Notes: generated by a model not told the origin, from the sequence alone. Shown: positions 24,251-38,484, counted from the first letter of the stretch. The stretch: DNA of 64,000 bases from Octopus sinensis (GCF_006345805.1 NC_043004.1:11966001-12030000), one strand, 5' to 3'. Numbers and translations are program-made.

Positions 24251-25655
24251 CACACAAAAACATGAACAGAGAAACACATAAGATTCTCATATACATGCAT
24301 ATATATTCATATATGCACATATAACATACGCTTGTAAACATGTATGTCTGTGTGTATGTACTTACATTTATGCATTTACATGTACGAACACATATACACA
24401 CACACATGCACGCTTACACACACATATGAATAAATATACATATATGTGTGTGTGTGTGTTTTTGTTGTATGTATCTCAGTGTGTTTGTACATGTGTATAC
24501 ACAGTCACATCTACACACACACACACACAAAGAGCCCCGTGTATATATAATTCCAGTCACAAGGTATTGGTCTACCCAATATGGCATCAGAGGTCACTTG
24601 CTAAGGATGCTGTGATGTAAGTTTGGTCTCACAGACATCTGATGGTCAAGCAATGTTTAGAGGGAATATGGTGTGGCAGATTTTCTACAGCCAAATGCCC
24701 TTCCTTTCACCAACCCTTATCTGTTTCCATGTAAGGTAATATTTCACCTTGACTGGACATGGGTTCATGTCAGATTGGAAATGGATACCACTTTTAGGAT
24801 AGTGACATTCATTTACAAGAAACTTACGATGTCCGGACAAGAAGCCACTAATGCTCTCACATACATGCGCACAAACATACACCTATACATGACTACATGT
24901 GTGTATGTGTGTGTGCGTGTGTGTGTGTGTGTTGTGTGTGTGTTGTGTGTGTGTGTGTGGTGTGTGTGTTGTGTGTGTATATTATTTAGTAGCAGTTTGA
25001 TTTGACTCCATGCAGCTTAAAGTTTTGTGGGATCATAAAATGATCCTAGATATTCAGTTTCCTATGCCTGAAGAGCTAGGTCTGTTTTACAAGCCCACAA
25101 AGCTTTAAGCTTCATGGAACCTAATTGAACTGCTATGAAATGATATATGTAACTTTTCCCAAATGTATTAAGTGCAACTTTCTTTTGTTTATCCACTCAC
25201 TGCCACACACACACACACATTATCATCATAATCATCATCATTATTTAATGCCCACTCTCCTGTTCAACTGAAGCTGATAAGCAGGAGAGCTGCACCAGGC
25301 TCAATTTTCTGTTTTGGCATGGTTTCTATGGCTGGATTCCCTTCCTAATATCAACCACTCCAGGAGTGTAATAAGTGCTTTCACGTACCATATATATTTA
25401 ATATGATGGGCTTCTTTTAATTTCCATTTACCAAATACACTCACAAGTTTTTGGTCAGCCCAGGATTATGGAAGTCACTTGCTCAAGGTGTCACTCAGTG
25501 AGACTGAACCAGGGATCAAATGGTTGAAAACAAGCTTTTTAACCACACACACACACATATATATATATATATAGACACAGCCATATCTACAAAGACTTTC
25601 ACTAGTTGCAACCAGAACTATGGCTGCACTGGGGTACGTCCATTATGATACTCTT

Positions 25656-25724
<69 letters not shown>

Positions 25725-26634
25725 GCCAGTACCACCTGACTGGCCCCCGTGCACATAGAAGCACCCACTACACTCTCGGAGTGGTTGGCATTAGGAAGGG
25801 CATCGAGCTGTAGAAACTCTGCCAGATCAAGATTGGAACCTGGTGCAGCCATCTGGTTTGCCAATCCTCAGTCAAATCGTCCAACCCATGCTAGCATGGA
25901 AAGCGGACGTTAAACAATGATGATGATGATATCTATACAGAGCAATACTAGATACCAGTCATCACATACAGTTTTTCGCTGTTGCAGACTATGAAACCTT
26001 AGTAACCAAATAATCTGAACAGAAACCTAATAATCATTGCTACATTCCTGTTAAGTTCTAAACTGGTATTTCTATGTTTACAAAATTTTCTATATTACTG
26101 TTTCACTAATCAATTCATTTGCAAGAAGGGAATTTATCGATTGGCAAGGAATGCATTGTTCTGGTAAACTTTATCAAAACCAGACTTGATATTGTTGCTG
26201 TTTACGTAACAATAGGAAGTAACTTTTGTTTTTCTGTTTTGTGACTTTGTATGTTTATTTATTTTTTTTTTCTTGTGATTTAGACAACTGATGTTTAAGG
26301 AAGTGAGCGAGGTGCACTCGTTGTAGTAATCCTCCTGTTGTTGCTATTGTTTGCTTCTCGTCTGCTCTGATTGTTCTGGTTTATGAGCAAGGAGTTTCCA
26401 TTCTTGCTCTCCCATGTCGGATACAGCATTTAGGGACATGTATGGATGTGTGGTTAAGAAGTTTGCTTCAGGACCATGTGAATTTCGGTTCAGTTCTAAA
26501 TGGTGGCATCTTGAGTATGTTTTACTATGGTTTCTGTAGATTCAGAGTAGCAGCTAGCTAATGCCTTGTGAGTGAATTTGGTAGATGGAATATGCAGGAT
26601 TCCTTTGTGTGCGTGTGTATGTCTACACAGGTCT

Positions 26635-26694
26635 TAAGGTCTGAAGATATGCCATAAAGGTACTCTTCATGGCGAGAAACTCAGGGTAACCCTA
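26635..26694 (+). ncRNA. Type I hammerhead ribozyme motif (Penelope-like)
   Basis: Stem I taaggt/acccta (5 of 6 pairs), CTGAAGA at 26641-26647, stem II tgccat...atggcg, GAAA at 26676-26679, stem III actc/gggt, GUA triplet. Confidence 0.6.
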
Positions 26695-27089
26695 TAAACC
26701 GGCCTTCACCGGAAATAATATAGACTGCTCTACTTCTCAGAGTATGCTTCTTCTCTGGATTTAATGTTTTTCTTAAAAACCAATATATATATATATATAC
26801 AAAAATTCTATAATTATAAGCATATGTATTACTGTCTGGGAGATATCTTATGGCAGTGGAATAGTATTTAACTGCTATTTTTAAATTTCGGTATTTGTGA
26901 AGCAATTTTTTGCCGAACCCTAATTATAATTATGCTTATAATTACAGAATTTTTGTATAAGGCTACCAATAATGGTTCTTTTAACATACCGAACTACTTG
27001 GTAAAGTTATTAATTATTAATTGATTAATTAATTTTACCCTTTATTATTATTGATATATATATATATATATATATGGAAGATAGAAAAA

Positions 27090-27200
27090 ATTTTATTAAT
27101 CACAATTGTTTCAACACATCTAGGTTTGATTTCTCACAGGTGGGATACTTAACAACTTGTTCAGGAGCATTGACTGGTGCAGATGTGTCTCTTCAGGTGA
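27090..27200 (-). ncRNA. Hammerhead-like motif with long stem II loop, followed by AATAAA
   Basis: Minus strand reads tcac CTGAAGA gacacatct...agatgtgtt GAAA caatt gtga tt aataaa. Confidence 0.6.
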
Positions 27201-27509
27201 TAAACAGATAAACTCATTAAGATAACTGTTCTGCAATGTATCTTCTCATTTCGTGTTAAGAAAACCAGCAAAATAAAGGATGTATCTTCATTTGTAGAGA
27301 AGATCAATAATAAAATAATAGATGCAAAGAAGAAAAGTATTAAAAATAACCATTAACAGATATGGATGTATAAGCACCCTCGTGTTAGCTGCATGGCATC
27401 TGTACACTCACTCATACAAGCGTCCATGAAGATGCAAGCATACGCACACATGTGATTTGTTGCTTACATGTTCACATAGTGAGTTAAATATATATTGTAC
27501 AACTAAGAA

Positions 27510-27855
27510 AAAGGGTAAAGACCCCCTTTGGTCATGAATTACTATGGGATTGCATCTAGATAGTTCCCCTCCAAGGCACAAGTCCGGGCAAGGTTGTTTA
27601 TGGAAGACCAGCAGTCGCCCTTGCATACCAGCCTCCCCTCTTCATGCCACCAGTGTTATCCAAGGGAAAGACAAAGGCCGATACGGTTTGGCACAAGCGA
27701 CACCACAACTCATTTCTACAGCTGAGTGAACTGGAGCAATGTGATATAGTGTCGTGCTCAAGAACACAGCACACATCCCGCCTAGTCTGGGAATCGAACG
27801 CACTACCTCATGATCGTGATCCTGCCACTATAACCACTGAGCCATATGCTTTCAC
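27510..27855 (-). mobile_element. SINE family D
   Basis: Homologous to 6520-6858. Confidence 0.8.
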
Positions 27856-28644
27856 AATTAAGGTAGGCTCAACAAAAAAGTACTCCTTCTAGTGAGAGAT
27901 ACATTCTAGCAGCCCTTACAAGAAGATCCGCAGAACCAGCGCTTGGCGACGCTGCCTTACGGAAGACTGATTCAGCTATTCGCTTATTTATTTTTGTGCT
28001 CATGACCAAAAATGCAAAGAGTATGTCACATAGCTTTCTAAACTACATGGAAATTTCGTATATGTAATTTAGGAAATGTGTTATTCTTAAACGTTATAAA
28101 GCTGGAAGAAAATAACGCTTGTTGAGTTTAGTAAAAAATCTGTTCAGTAATGTTTTCTTTTTAAATCTTTTAGTTATTTTATTTTTTTGTTGTTGAGAAA
28201 AAAATGTTTAAATGTTAATGTGTTGTGCGGAAAGAAAGAATTGCAATATTACAATTTCAAGAATGAGGGGTCTGTTGTCTCAAATGTCAGAATTCTCTTG
28301 TTCGCCCACAGCACGCTGGAGTTATCTGTTGCTTGAATCATATGGAAGTTTTTTTTTTAACATGATAATAGACCTTTAACTTAGAAATCTACATTCACTT
28401 CAAAGCTTATGAACTTTTCAAAACTTAATACTCCCAGAATACCAAAAATATCTCACAAGAAGAAAAAAACGTAAATGGTAAAAGAAACATAGGCATGGAT
28501 GTGTGGTTAATGAACTCGTTTTGTAACCATACGGTTACAGGTTCAGCCCCACTGTACTGCACGTTGGGCAAGTGTCTTCTACTAAAACCTTGGCCCACCA
28601 ATGCCTTGTTAGTGATTGATGGAAACTGTATGGAATCTGTCATG

Positions 28645-28675
<31 letters not shown>

Positions 28676-29808
28676 TGTGTGTGTGAATGCTAAATGATAA
28701 TGATAATGTATGGTGTCAGTTGAGGATCATTTGGCTACTATTTCTGATTGGTACTCTCTCGTTCTTATCTGATTCCTTGACCATTGACTGTTAGTATCAT
28801 ACCACTGCGACAATGACCATATCATTACAGCAATAACCACAGTATTAACACACCTCAACAGGCACCACCATGCCACTACAATCCCTTCTACTCAGCTACT
28901 CTACCGACTACTGTCTTGCAGAGCTGTTCAAAATGTCAGGAGCATTTGTCAAGTCCAGTCATTCATCTTTTATGATGTAGCATTACTGTCCTGAACAAAA
29001 CTAAATGAGGATTTAACAAACAAGAAACGATACTGTTACATATGAAATGGTTCCAGAAATAACCTATCAACATTATCCTTATCGTCAAGATGCAATAGTT
29101 GTTGTGCTGACGCTGTTGTTGTTGTTGTTATTTAGTTCCATGGTAGTCCAGATTAACTGGATTCAAAAATGTACCAATCACAAACATCACAGTCAGTTAT
29201 CTTACGTCTGTTCATCCATGCTGGTATGGGTCAGACAGGCCCTTTTAAAGCACTGTTTTATTGCCAGATGTCCTTCTTTATATTAGTTATTTTAGTTGCC
29301 TTTCATTGTACATAAGAAAATGGTGAACCTTTTCTAAAACTCAGTATTTCAAACATAGTTTATCTAAGACTACCTACCTGATATGTCCCTCCTTTTTTTA
29401 AAGAAGTAAGGTGTGGTTTTAAATAAGATTTGTTTGCTATTTCTGGCAAGACAAGTTACCCAAAGTATTGCATAGTGGGACTGAATCCAAGTGCACATGA
29501 TTGGGAAGCAGGCCATGTTTGTGCCTGTATATATAATTCAATAGACCTTTGATTTCCAGTCTACCTAATGACCTTCCATATCATTTCTGTCCAGCTAATT
29601 ACCTCCATAGGATTTGGGTTGACCCATGGCAATAAGTGAAAGATATTTTCTCACAGTGCCTGGCAGCAGGAATGAACCTGCAACCTCATGATTGTGGAGC
29701 AAACTTCTTAACCTCCTAGCTAAATGAACCAAATTAGTTCTATGTAAAATTTTCCCAGCAAAAATTGGCTTTGTGCCTGCTCAGTGAAAAGAAATTAATA
29801 TTACTCAC

Positions 29809-29873
29809 CATTTTCTTTTGTTCCTCTGGAGTTGAGATGGCTACGCTATCTATAGTGAATACTGCATGTTCTC
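29809..29873 (-). CDS. Candidate 65-nt internal exon (xEHAVFTIDSVAISTPEEQKKM)
   Basis: Pyrimidine-rich acceptor ttctttttcatcctgcattgctatgtcccag, consensus donor G|gtgagt, one open frame. Protein not recognised. Confidence 0.35.
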
Positions 29874-30525
29874 CTGGGACATAGCAATGCAGGATGAAAA
29901 AGAAGGCAACATTTTTTTTAGCACATTATTCCGAGAAAAGCTGTCAAAACTGGACAAATCAGGAATTTGAAAATCTGATTTCCAATAACATGAGCTGTTT
30001 AATTTTATTGAATTCTTGCTTAATATATTTATGATATCAGTTTCCTCAGAATCATATTCTTCAATATTTAATGTTCACTTGATGACAATAGCTATCAATG
30101 TACTAATTTGCGTTATGTGTTATTATTTGAAGAATATATTTTCACCATTTCAATGCGTTATTATATTATAAAACTATTTTACACCTCCCCATGCAAAAAC
30201 CCACCTAAAACCCTTGTAAAGCAAACTGGAAACAGTACAAACTGAACAGCAAGAGGTCCAATCCACTGATGTGTAATTGGTTGTTGTGTAGCCGTAATCT
30301 TTTGCTGATAATCTGGGCACTGTTAGATGGGATGTTAGTTAACTTTTTACACAAAAACAATTCCCTGTGGACTCAGGCATAATAACTGTGGGGTTTGAAG
30401 GTGCCTTACTATTGAACCATGTAGTTAGAAGATCAAATTTTATTTCAGTTGTTACGGTGTGTCACTGAACACAAAAAAAAAAAGTATTTAATTCTGCTTG
30501 TTTATTAAAGAACTATACACATATA

Positions 30526-30924
30526 GGCATAGGAGTGGCTGTGTGGTAAGTAGCTTGCTTACAAACCACATGGTTCCGGGTTCAGTCCTACTGCGTGGCA
30601 CCTTGGGCAAGTGTCTTCTACTATAGCCTCAGGCTGACCAAAGCCTTGTGAGTGGATTTGGTAGACGGAAACTGAAAGAAGCCCGTCGTATATATGTGTA
30701 TATGTTTGTGTGTCTGTGTTTGTCTCCCCCTAACATCGCTTGACAATCGATGCTGGTGTGTTTACATCCCCGTAACTTAGCAGTTCAGCAAAAGAGACCG
30801 ATAGAATAAGTACTAGGCTTCCAAAGAATAAGTGCTGGGGGTCGATCTGCTCGACTAAAGGTGGTGCTCCAGCATGGCCACAGTCAAATGACTGAAACAA
30901 AAGAGTAAAGAGTAGAGTAAAGAG
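30526..30924 (+). mobile_element. SINE family A, full length
   Basis: Family match. Confidence 0.9.
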
Positions 30925-33900
30925 TGGATGTCGACTCATAGATGAGTATGACCATCATAAACAAATTATCTTATACTAAGATATTAATGACAATAGCTGT
31001 CAGCTATGCCTGTGCTGCACAGTAGCACCATGACTTTCACCTAAGAGCCAAGCAAGTACAGAAACTAACAAAAACCAGATCTTCAGCTTTGCAATGAACT
31101 GTGTGTTATTTTAGGACTTCCTTCTCTTAGAGAGATACCTAAACAAAGACCCAGAGGGCCTCTCACTACCAACTGTTGGATGGCTGTTGACTCTCCTGAC
31201 TTCATCCATCCTTTTGACTGGTTTTGTTTTCCATCCTGTTGGTTGTCCAACGAAAACCACCCTCCTGACCTAACAAGCTTGGTATGGTTGCTGGTTTAGT
31301 TGTTGAGAGCCAAACCATGCAACAGGTTGTGCTAGGTTACAGATTACCAGTTGAACTAAAAGTAACCTGACATACATACAGCTAACATATGTGATGACAA
31401 ATCCATCTGTGTGTGGAAATGCAGAAATACTCTTGGTTGGTGTTTCAGGGTGCGCAGTAAAACCACCAGGTGTGAGAGACCTCTAGCTGTTGTCAGAGCA
31501 TCCTTCTAAGACATGGACAAACCTGGTGTTCCACATGATTACTAGTCATCTCACTTCAGCTTGTCACTGGGTACTAATAGCAGAAACTCAAAGAGCGAAA
31601 CTCCTATTGTACAAGCATTTTTCACTATAATCCAATGACATGCGGATATCTTTTTATAGTAACCTCATTTGTCATTCCGTCTACAGAAAGTCCTGTGGCA
31701 TGTGCAGCAGACCTAACAGGTTGGAAACACACTGTAAGTTACAATTTTCATCTGTGTCACCTTTGCTTCAACCCATACAGATCTGCTATAGGATTGAACA
31801 GTTGTCTGAGAGGTCAATTGCTTTTGACAACAAGGAAGCGCCAGGAGACAGCTATTATCTGTGAAGATAGAGCAATCACCATAATTGCGCATGTGTGTGT
31901 GTGTGTGTGTGTGTCCATCCAACATTCTATCCATCTTAGTTTGATTATTCCAGCATAGAAAATGTGGTAACGGTTGGGGAAGAGGAGAAAGCCATGTGTT
32001 AAATAGAACTGGAACCAAGATAATTTAATTTCTGACAGTATGTAAACAACTGTAAGCACGAAAAGGTTACTGGAATTTTAACTTCTCAAATGCCAGCAAA
32101 CTTAGAGTCTCTTATATACATCATGTCATCAAAATTTTTTGTGGAGGTTATGAACTTGACCTTAAAGATTCACAGATCGTAAAGACTGTAGCAGAAATGT
32201 GTGAGCGCCCGGTTAGTTGCCTTGTGCTAACTATCTTTACTGGATTCTTAGGTTTTGGTTTCAAAATCTTTAAGGGTAAGGGGTTGAATTTTGCTTTCCA
32301 TTCTTACAATGAACGTTGGGGAAAAAAATAGATACCTGTAATATATTAGCAGGAGTGGCTGTGTGGTAAGTAGCTTGCTTACCAACCACATGGTTCCAGG
32401 TTCAGTCCCACTGCATGGCACCTGGGGGAAGTGTCTTTTACTATAACCTCGGCCCGACCAAAGCCTTGTGAGTGGATTTGATAGACAGAAACTGAAAGAA
32501 GCCTATTGTATATATGTATGTGTGTGTGTATGCTTATGTCAGTATTTTGTTCTTTATGCTTTGAGTTCAAATTCTGCAACGGTCGACTTTGCCTTTCACC
32601 CTTTCGGGGTTGATAAATTAAGTACTAGTTGATACCAGGGTCAAGCTAATTGACTGCCCCTCTCCACAAAAATTTCAGGCCTTGTGCCTAGAGTAGAAAA
32701 GATTATTAGTGTATTTTTTAATTCTTTTATTTGTTTCAATCATTTGACTGCGACCATGCTGGAGCACTGCCTTTAGTCGAACAAATCAACTCCAGGACTT
32801 ATTCTTTGGAAGCCTAGTACTTATTCTACGGGTCTCTTTTGCTGTACCGCTAACATACGGGGACGTAAACACACCAACATCAGTTGTCAAGTGATGGTGC
32901 ACAGACACACAAATACATAGTTTCCCTCTACAAGGATTTGGTCGGCCCAAGGCTATAGTAGAAGACACTTACCCAAGGTGCCACACAATGGGACTGAACC
33001 CAGAACCATGTGGTTGGGAAGCAAGCTTCTTACCACACAGCCACTCCTGTGCTTAGACAAAACATCTTGTAGTATTTACACTGGTTCTTTAGATTCCGAG
33101 TTCTAATCCTACTCTGGGCATCACTGCCTTTCATCCTCTATGGGATGTCATAATTGATTTTTATCCTCTGACCTCTTCCAAAAATTAGTGGCAGGAGAAA
33201 CAGTAGTAGTAATAGTAGCATAATTAGCACTCTAAGTGTTGTCAGTGGTGGTGGTCAGTTATTGTTGTGGTGATCATGACAACAGAAAACAGTAAAACAA
33301 ACAGCTGCAATAACATGCAATAACATCACTGCCACCATTATCATCATCATTAACCTCATCATTGCGATCATCATCATCATAGCCATCGTCCTCATTACCA
33401 TCATCATAATCATCACTAACATCATAATCATCATTATCATCTCCATCATTTCACCACTATCGTCATAAACAACAACAACGACAAGGTTTTTTTTCATGAT
33501 CACTCGATACGCAAGACATAGCAGCTAAATCATCTCCAAATTATATGTCCTCTAAAGGAAACGAATGAAGAACAAGAAAAAATCTTAAAACATAGAGAGA
33601 TAATTTTGGATAGTGCATTTCTACAAAAAAAGAAAAAAAAAAGCCCCCCCCCCATCAAAAAAAAGATAATGATTGAAATGCCTTTGATCCTAGGTATGCT
33701 GAATCTGAGTCCAAAGCCAGCCTAGGGCTAAGCAACAAATGTAAATAACAATAACTAGAGCAGCATTATATTAATGTTTGCTGCAGCGGTACTTAGCATC
33801 AACAGCTGCAGCGGAATTTGCAGTAGTGTTGTGTATAGTTGTGATATCTTGTGGCAGTGGTAACAGCAGCAGCAGCCTGAATGCAGTAGTGTTATCTGTG

Positions 33901-34369
33901 GCAGTAGCAACAATAGGTGGACTGAATGCAGCGGTATTATCTGTGGCAGCGGTAACAGTAGCCTGAAATGCAGTGGTATTAGAAGTGGTAGTAGTAGTAG
34001 TAGTAACAGCAGCTGTGGTAGCAGTGATTGTAATATGGATAATTAATTATGTCTACTGATGAACTAATAGCAAGGCTGACAACAACAACAACAACAACAT
34101 CTAGATTACAACAACAAGAACAACAACAGCACAGCAGTTGCAGCAACAGCAGCAGATGTGTAGCAATAAGGATGTCAGCAGCCCCTCGTGACATCAGCTA
34201 TGGCTGCAGCAGGGATACAACAGCAACAACAACAACAACAGCAGCAGCAACATAAACAACAGCAACAAGCCATGTTGGCAGCATCTACATCAATAACAAC
34301 AACAACAACAGCAGCCGCAGCAGTGGCAGATGCAGCAGCACACATGATGCCAATCATAGCTGCAATAAT

Positions 34370-34401
<32 letters not shown>

Positions 34402-34715
34402 CAGCAGCAGTAGTAGTAGTAGTAGCAGTAGAATAACAACATTGTCCATAACACTCCCAACTATTATAACAACAAGCTGACAATGGAGCTTCCTTGTGGT
34501 CACTAGATCTGCTAGAAATAGCAACCAAATCACCTTCAAATTATACACTATCATCTTTAAAAGATGACGGGAAAGAACACATTGATTTGCTTCTTATACT
34601 TAGAGACACTAAAAATACATGATCGTCATGGCTGGAATGCTGCTGATCATAGCTTTGCTTGATCAATATTGACCTGGGGTTAAACAAGAACAACAGCAAC
34701 ACCAGCAGCAGTAGT

Positions 34716-34762
<47 letters not shown>

Positions 34763-35000
34763 TAGTAGTAGTAGAATAACAACATTGTCCATTACACTTC
34801 CAAGTATGATAACAACAATGAGCTAACAATGAAGTCTCCTTGTGGTCACAAGATCTGCTAGAAATAGCAACCAAATCCCCTTCAAATTATACACTATTGT
34901 CTCCAAAAAAAGTGATGGTAAAAGAACACATTGGTTAATTTATTATTCCAAGAGACCCTAAAAATACATGAGTGTCATGGTTGGAATGCTGCTGATCATA

Positions 35001-35221
35001 TACTCTTTTACTTGTTTCAGTCATTTGACTGTGGCCATGCTGAAGCACTACCTTTAGTCGAGCAAATCGACCCCAGGACTTATTCTTTACAAACCTAGTA
35101 CTTATTCTATCAGTCTCCTTTGCCGAACTGCTAAGTTACTGGGTCGTAAACACACCAGCATCAGTTGTCAAGCAATGTTGGGTGGGGAAGGGGATACAGA
35201 CACACAAACATATACACACTC

Positions 35222-35253
<32 letters not shown>

Positions 35254-35410
35254 CATCATCATCGTTTAACGTCCATTCTCCATGCTAGCATGGGTTGGAC
35301 AGTTCGACCGGGGATCTGGGAAGCCAGAAGGGTGCACCAGGCTCCGGTCTTATCTGGCAATGTTTCTACAGCTGGATGCCCTTCTTAACGCCAACCACTC
35401 CGAGAGTGTA

Positions 35411-35445
<35 letters not shown>

Positions 35446-35601
35446 ACCGGCTTCTTTCAGTTTCCGTCTACCAAATCTACTCACAAGGCTTTGGTAGGCC
35501 CAAGGCTATAGTAGAAAACGCTTGCCCTAGGTGCCAGACAGTGGGACTGAACCCGGAACTCTGTGGTTTGTAAGCAAGCTACTTACCCCACAGCTACTCC
35601 T
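35001..35601 (-). mobile_element. SINE family A carrying a nested family B fragment (35252-35412) in its internal (TA)n
   Basis: The SINE halves are collinear on either side of the insert, with (TA)n on both flanks. Confidence 0.85.
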
Positions 35602-37689
35602 TCGATCATTGTTGACCTGGAGCTAAGCAATAACAATAACAGCAACTGTTATTGACATGAGCCAATGTGCAAGACTTATATTTGCTAATTTCACCTTCTA
35701 GAAATAGCAGCCAAATCGCCTTTAAATCATATATTACTGTCTTTAAAATGGATAATCTAATGTTTGTATGGTTTTTATAAAAAAGAAAATTTGACCGGAG
35801 TGTCATGCCTGGAGCACATTTCATCACAAATCTGTCCAGTCAGGACTGACCTGTGGCTAAACTATGACAATGGCATCGTTATCATCAACAGCAGCAGCAT
35901 TGACATCAACAATACTTGTTGAAACAACAGCAGCAGCAGCAGTGACAGCAGTTGGTGCAATAACAGTAATAAGAACTATAATACAAGAAGCAGCAGCAAT
36001 CGCCATAACAACAACAACAACAACAATAACTAGTTGACTGCAACAAAAAACAATATCAGTTAATTTTATAACAAACAGCAAAGCCAATAGTCACACCACC
36101 AACACCAGCACCACCACCACCACCACCATTGTCACAAGAATCACCACCACGGCCACCGCTAAGCACCAGTGCCACTCTTGGTAGAATCGGTTACAACAAT
36201 ACAACACCCCCACCCAACTCCTTGCAGTGGCACCAAGTGTCACCAGTAACAACAACAACAACAAACACAAATAGTGACGCCAACATTTGCAGCAGCAGTA
36301 GCATTAGCAGCAGCATACTACATCCACCACCACCACCACCACCACCACCACCACCGCCAATACTATCAGTAGTAGTAACAACATTAACTGCAACACCACC
36401 ACCATCACCATTACCACCACCACTACCACCTTACCGTCACCACCACCACACCCAACACCACTACCACCACCACCACCAACACTACTACCACCACCATCCC
36501 CACCACAACTACCACCATGCCATCACTACCACCACCACCACCACTAATACTATCAGTAGTAGTACCAACACTAACTGCAACACCACCACCATCACCATTA
36601 CCACCATTACCACCACCACTGCCACCATACCATCACCACCACCACCAACAACACAACTGCCACTACCACCATCCCCCAACACCATCACCACCAGCATCAC
36701 TACCACCACCATCACCACAACTACCACCATGCCATCACTACCACCACAACCATTAACATTAGTACCACCACTACCACCACTGCCTCTACCAATACTATCA
36801 GTCGTAATAACAACACTAACTGCAACTCCACTGTCACTGCCACCACTACCACAACTGCCAATACTATCAATAACAATGAGAGCCCTAACATTGCTACCAC
36901 TGCCACCGCTACCACCAGTACTGTGAATAACAACAACAACAACAGTAATACCTCCACCATAGCTAATACTATATGAATAACAACAGTACCCCCTACGACT
37001 CCACCACTACCACCACTGCCAATACTATCAATAACAATAAGACAACACCATGACCACCACCGCAACTACTACTACTACTACTACTACTACTCTCGCCACC
37101 AACTCCACTTCCACTAACACCATTACTTTTACTACCACTAAATACTATCAGTGCCACCTCACCACCGCTACTACTACTACATCCACCACTGTTACTCTTA
37201 CTACCACCAATACTATTAATAATAACAATAGACACGACTACGACCACCACCATCGTCACCATTACCCATACTATTTGTAACATCAGTGTCATCACTACCA
37301 CCACCACCACCACCACCACCACCACTGCTATCAGCAACATCTCCAGCAGTGATGTGAACATTATCAATAACAGCGCCAATAAAAGGCACCTGTTCATGGC
37401 CATTCAAAAATGCCGAAAATAGCAGCTAAATCTGCTGCAAATCAGGCTCTATTTCCTTACGTAAGGACAAGTCCTTGCGTTAGGACATATCGTCCGAGGT
37501 TGGCTGCGCATAGGAAAAAAAATAAGATGGGATGTTCGTGGCTGGAATGCTTTCGTTCTGAGTTCTGCTCAATCAGGACTGACCTAGGGTTAAGCAACAA
37601 CAAACAAAGTAAGAGTTTCTTGTTCAGCAGGGAACCCTCTCCATAGGACAACAAAGGAGCCTTTATGTGGACACTCAACATGCCAGAAA

Positions 37690-38320
37690 TAGCACCCAAA
37701 TCTCACTCAAATTAAACCGTTATCTTTATATATATATATATATAAATGCATGGCACTGGATAATGCAATCTTAGAAAGGCATGAATAAACAGGATGGTCA
37801 TAGTTGGAAGGGCTTTGATCATAGCATCTAAATCTCACTCTAATTATGCCCTTAACTTTTTATATACAAACGTATGCATTGCATAATGCAATCTTAAGAC
37901 ATGAATAAACAGGATGGTCATTGTTGGAAAGGCTTTGATCATAGCATCCAAATCTCACTCTAATTATGCGCTTATCTTTCTATATATAAATGCATATAGA
38001 TGCATTCGATATTGCAATCTTTGAAAGGCATGAATAAACAGGATGGTCACAGTTGGAAGGGCTTTGATCATAGCATCTAAATCTCACTCTAATTATGCCC
38101 TTAACTTTTTATATACAAACGTTTGCATTGCATAATGCAATCTTAAGACATGAATAAACAGGATGGTCATTGTTGGAAAGGCTTTGATCATAGCATCCAA
38201 ATCTCACTCTAATTATGCGCTTATCTTTTTATATATAATAAATGCATATAAATGCATTGGATAATGCAATCTTAGAAAAGCATGAATAAACAGGATGGTC
38301 ATAGTTGGAAGGCCTATGGT
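37690..38320. repeat. Tandem satellite, five units of 120-132 bp with alternating A/B variants
   Basis: catgaataaacaggatggtca at 37780, 37900, 38029, 38149 and 38281. Confidence 0.92.
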
Positions 38321-38484
38321 CATCGCCCTCTGCTAGATCAGAGTTGTCCTGGGGTAAACTACATCAATGGTGACCACATTGGTCAACATACTATTAAGTC
38401 AATTATAAAACAAACGCTACTTCCACCTCTACTATAAATTCTACTGCTTTTAGTATTATCATTAAATTACTACCGCTGGTAAAT

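Noticed and set aside
31100-31620. Possible decayed RTE-type LINE 5' region (similar impression at 61230-61500)
   Set aside because: Too degenerate to support by eye and no second copy in the window. Needs a RepeatMasker or Dfam search.
31686-31864. Two apparent plus-strand exons (SPVACAADLTGWKHT / ICYRIEQLSERS...)
   Set aside because: Would need a 47-nt intron, and the peptide is unrecognised. Likely chance splice-like motifs.
36129-36926. 265-aa Pro/Thr/His-rich ORF
   Set aside because: Product of trinucleotide repeats, starts at TTG, no domain or splice support.
37690-38320. CRISPR-like periodic array
   Set aside because: The intervening sequences are themselves repeated (no unique spacers), there are no cas genes, and the context is eukaryotic.
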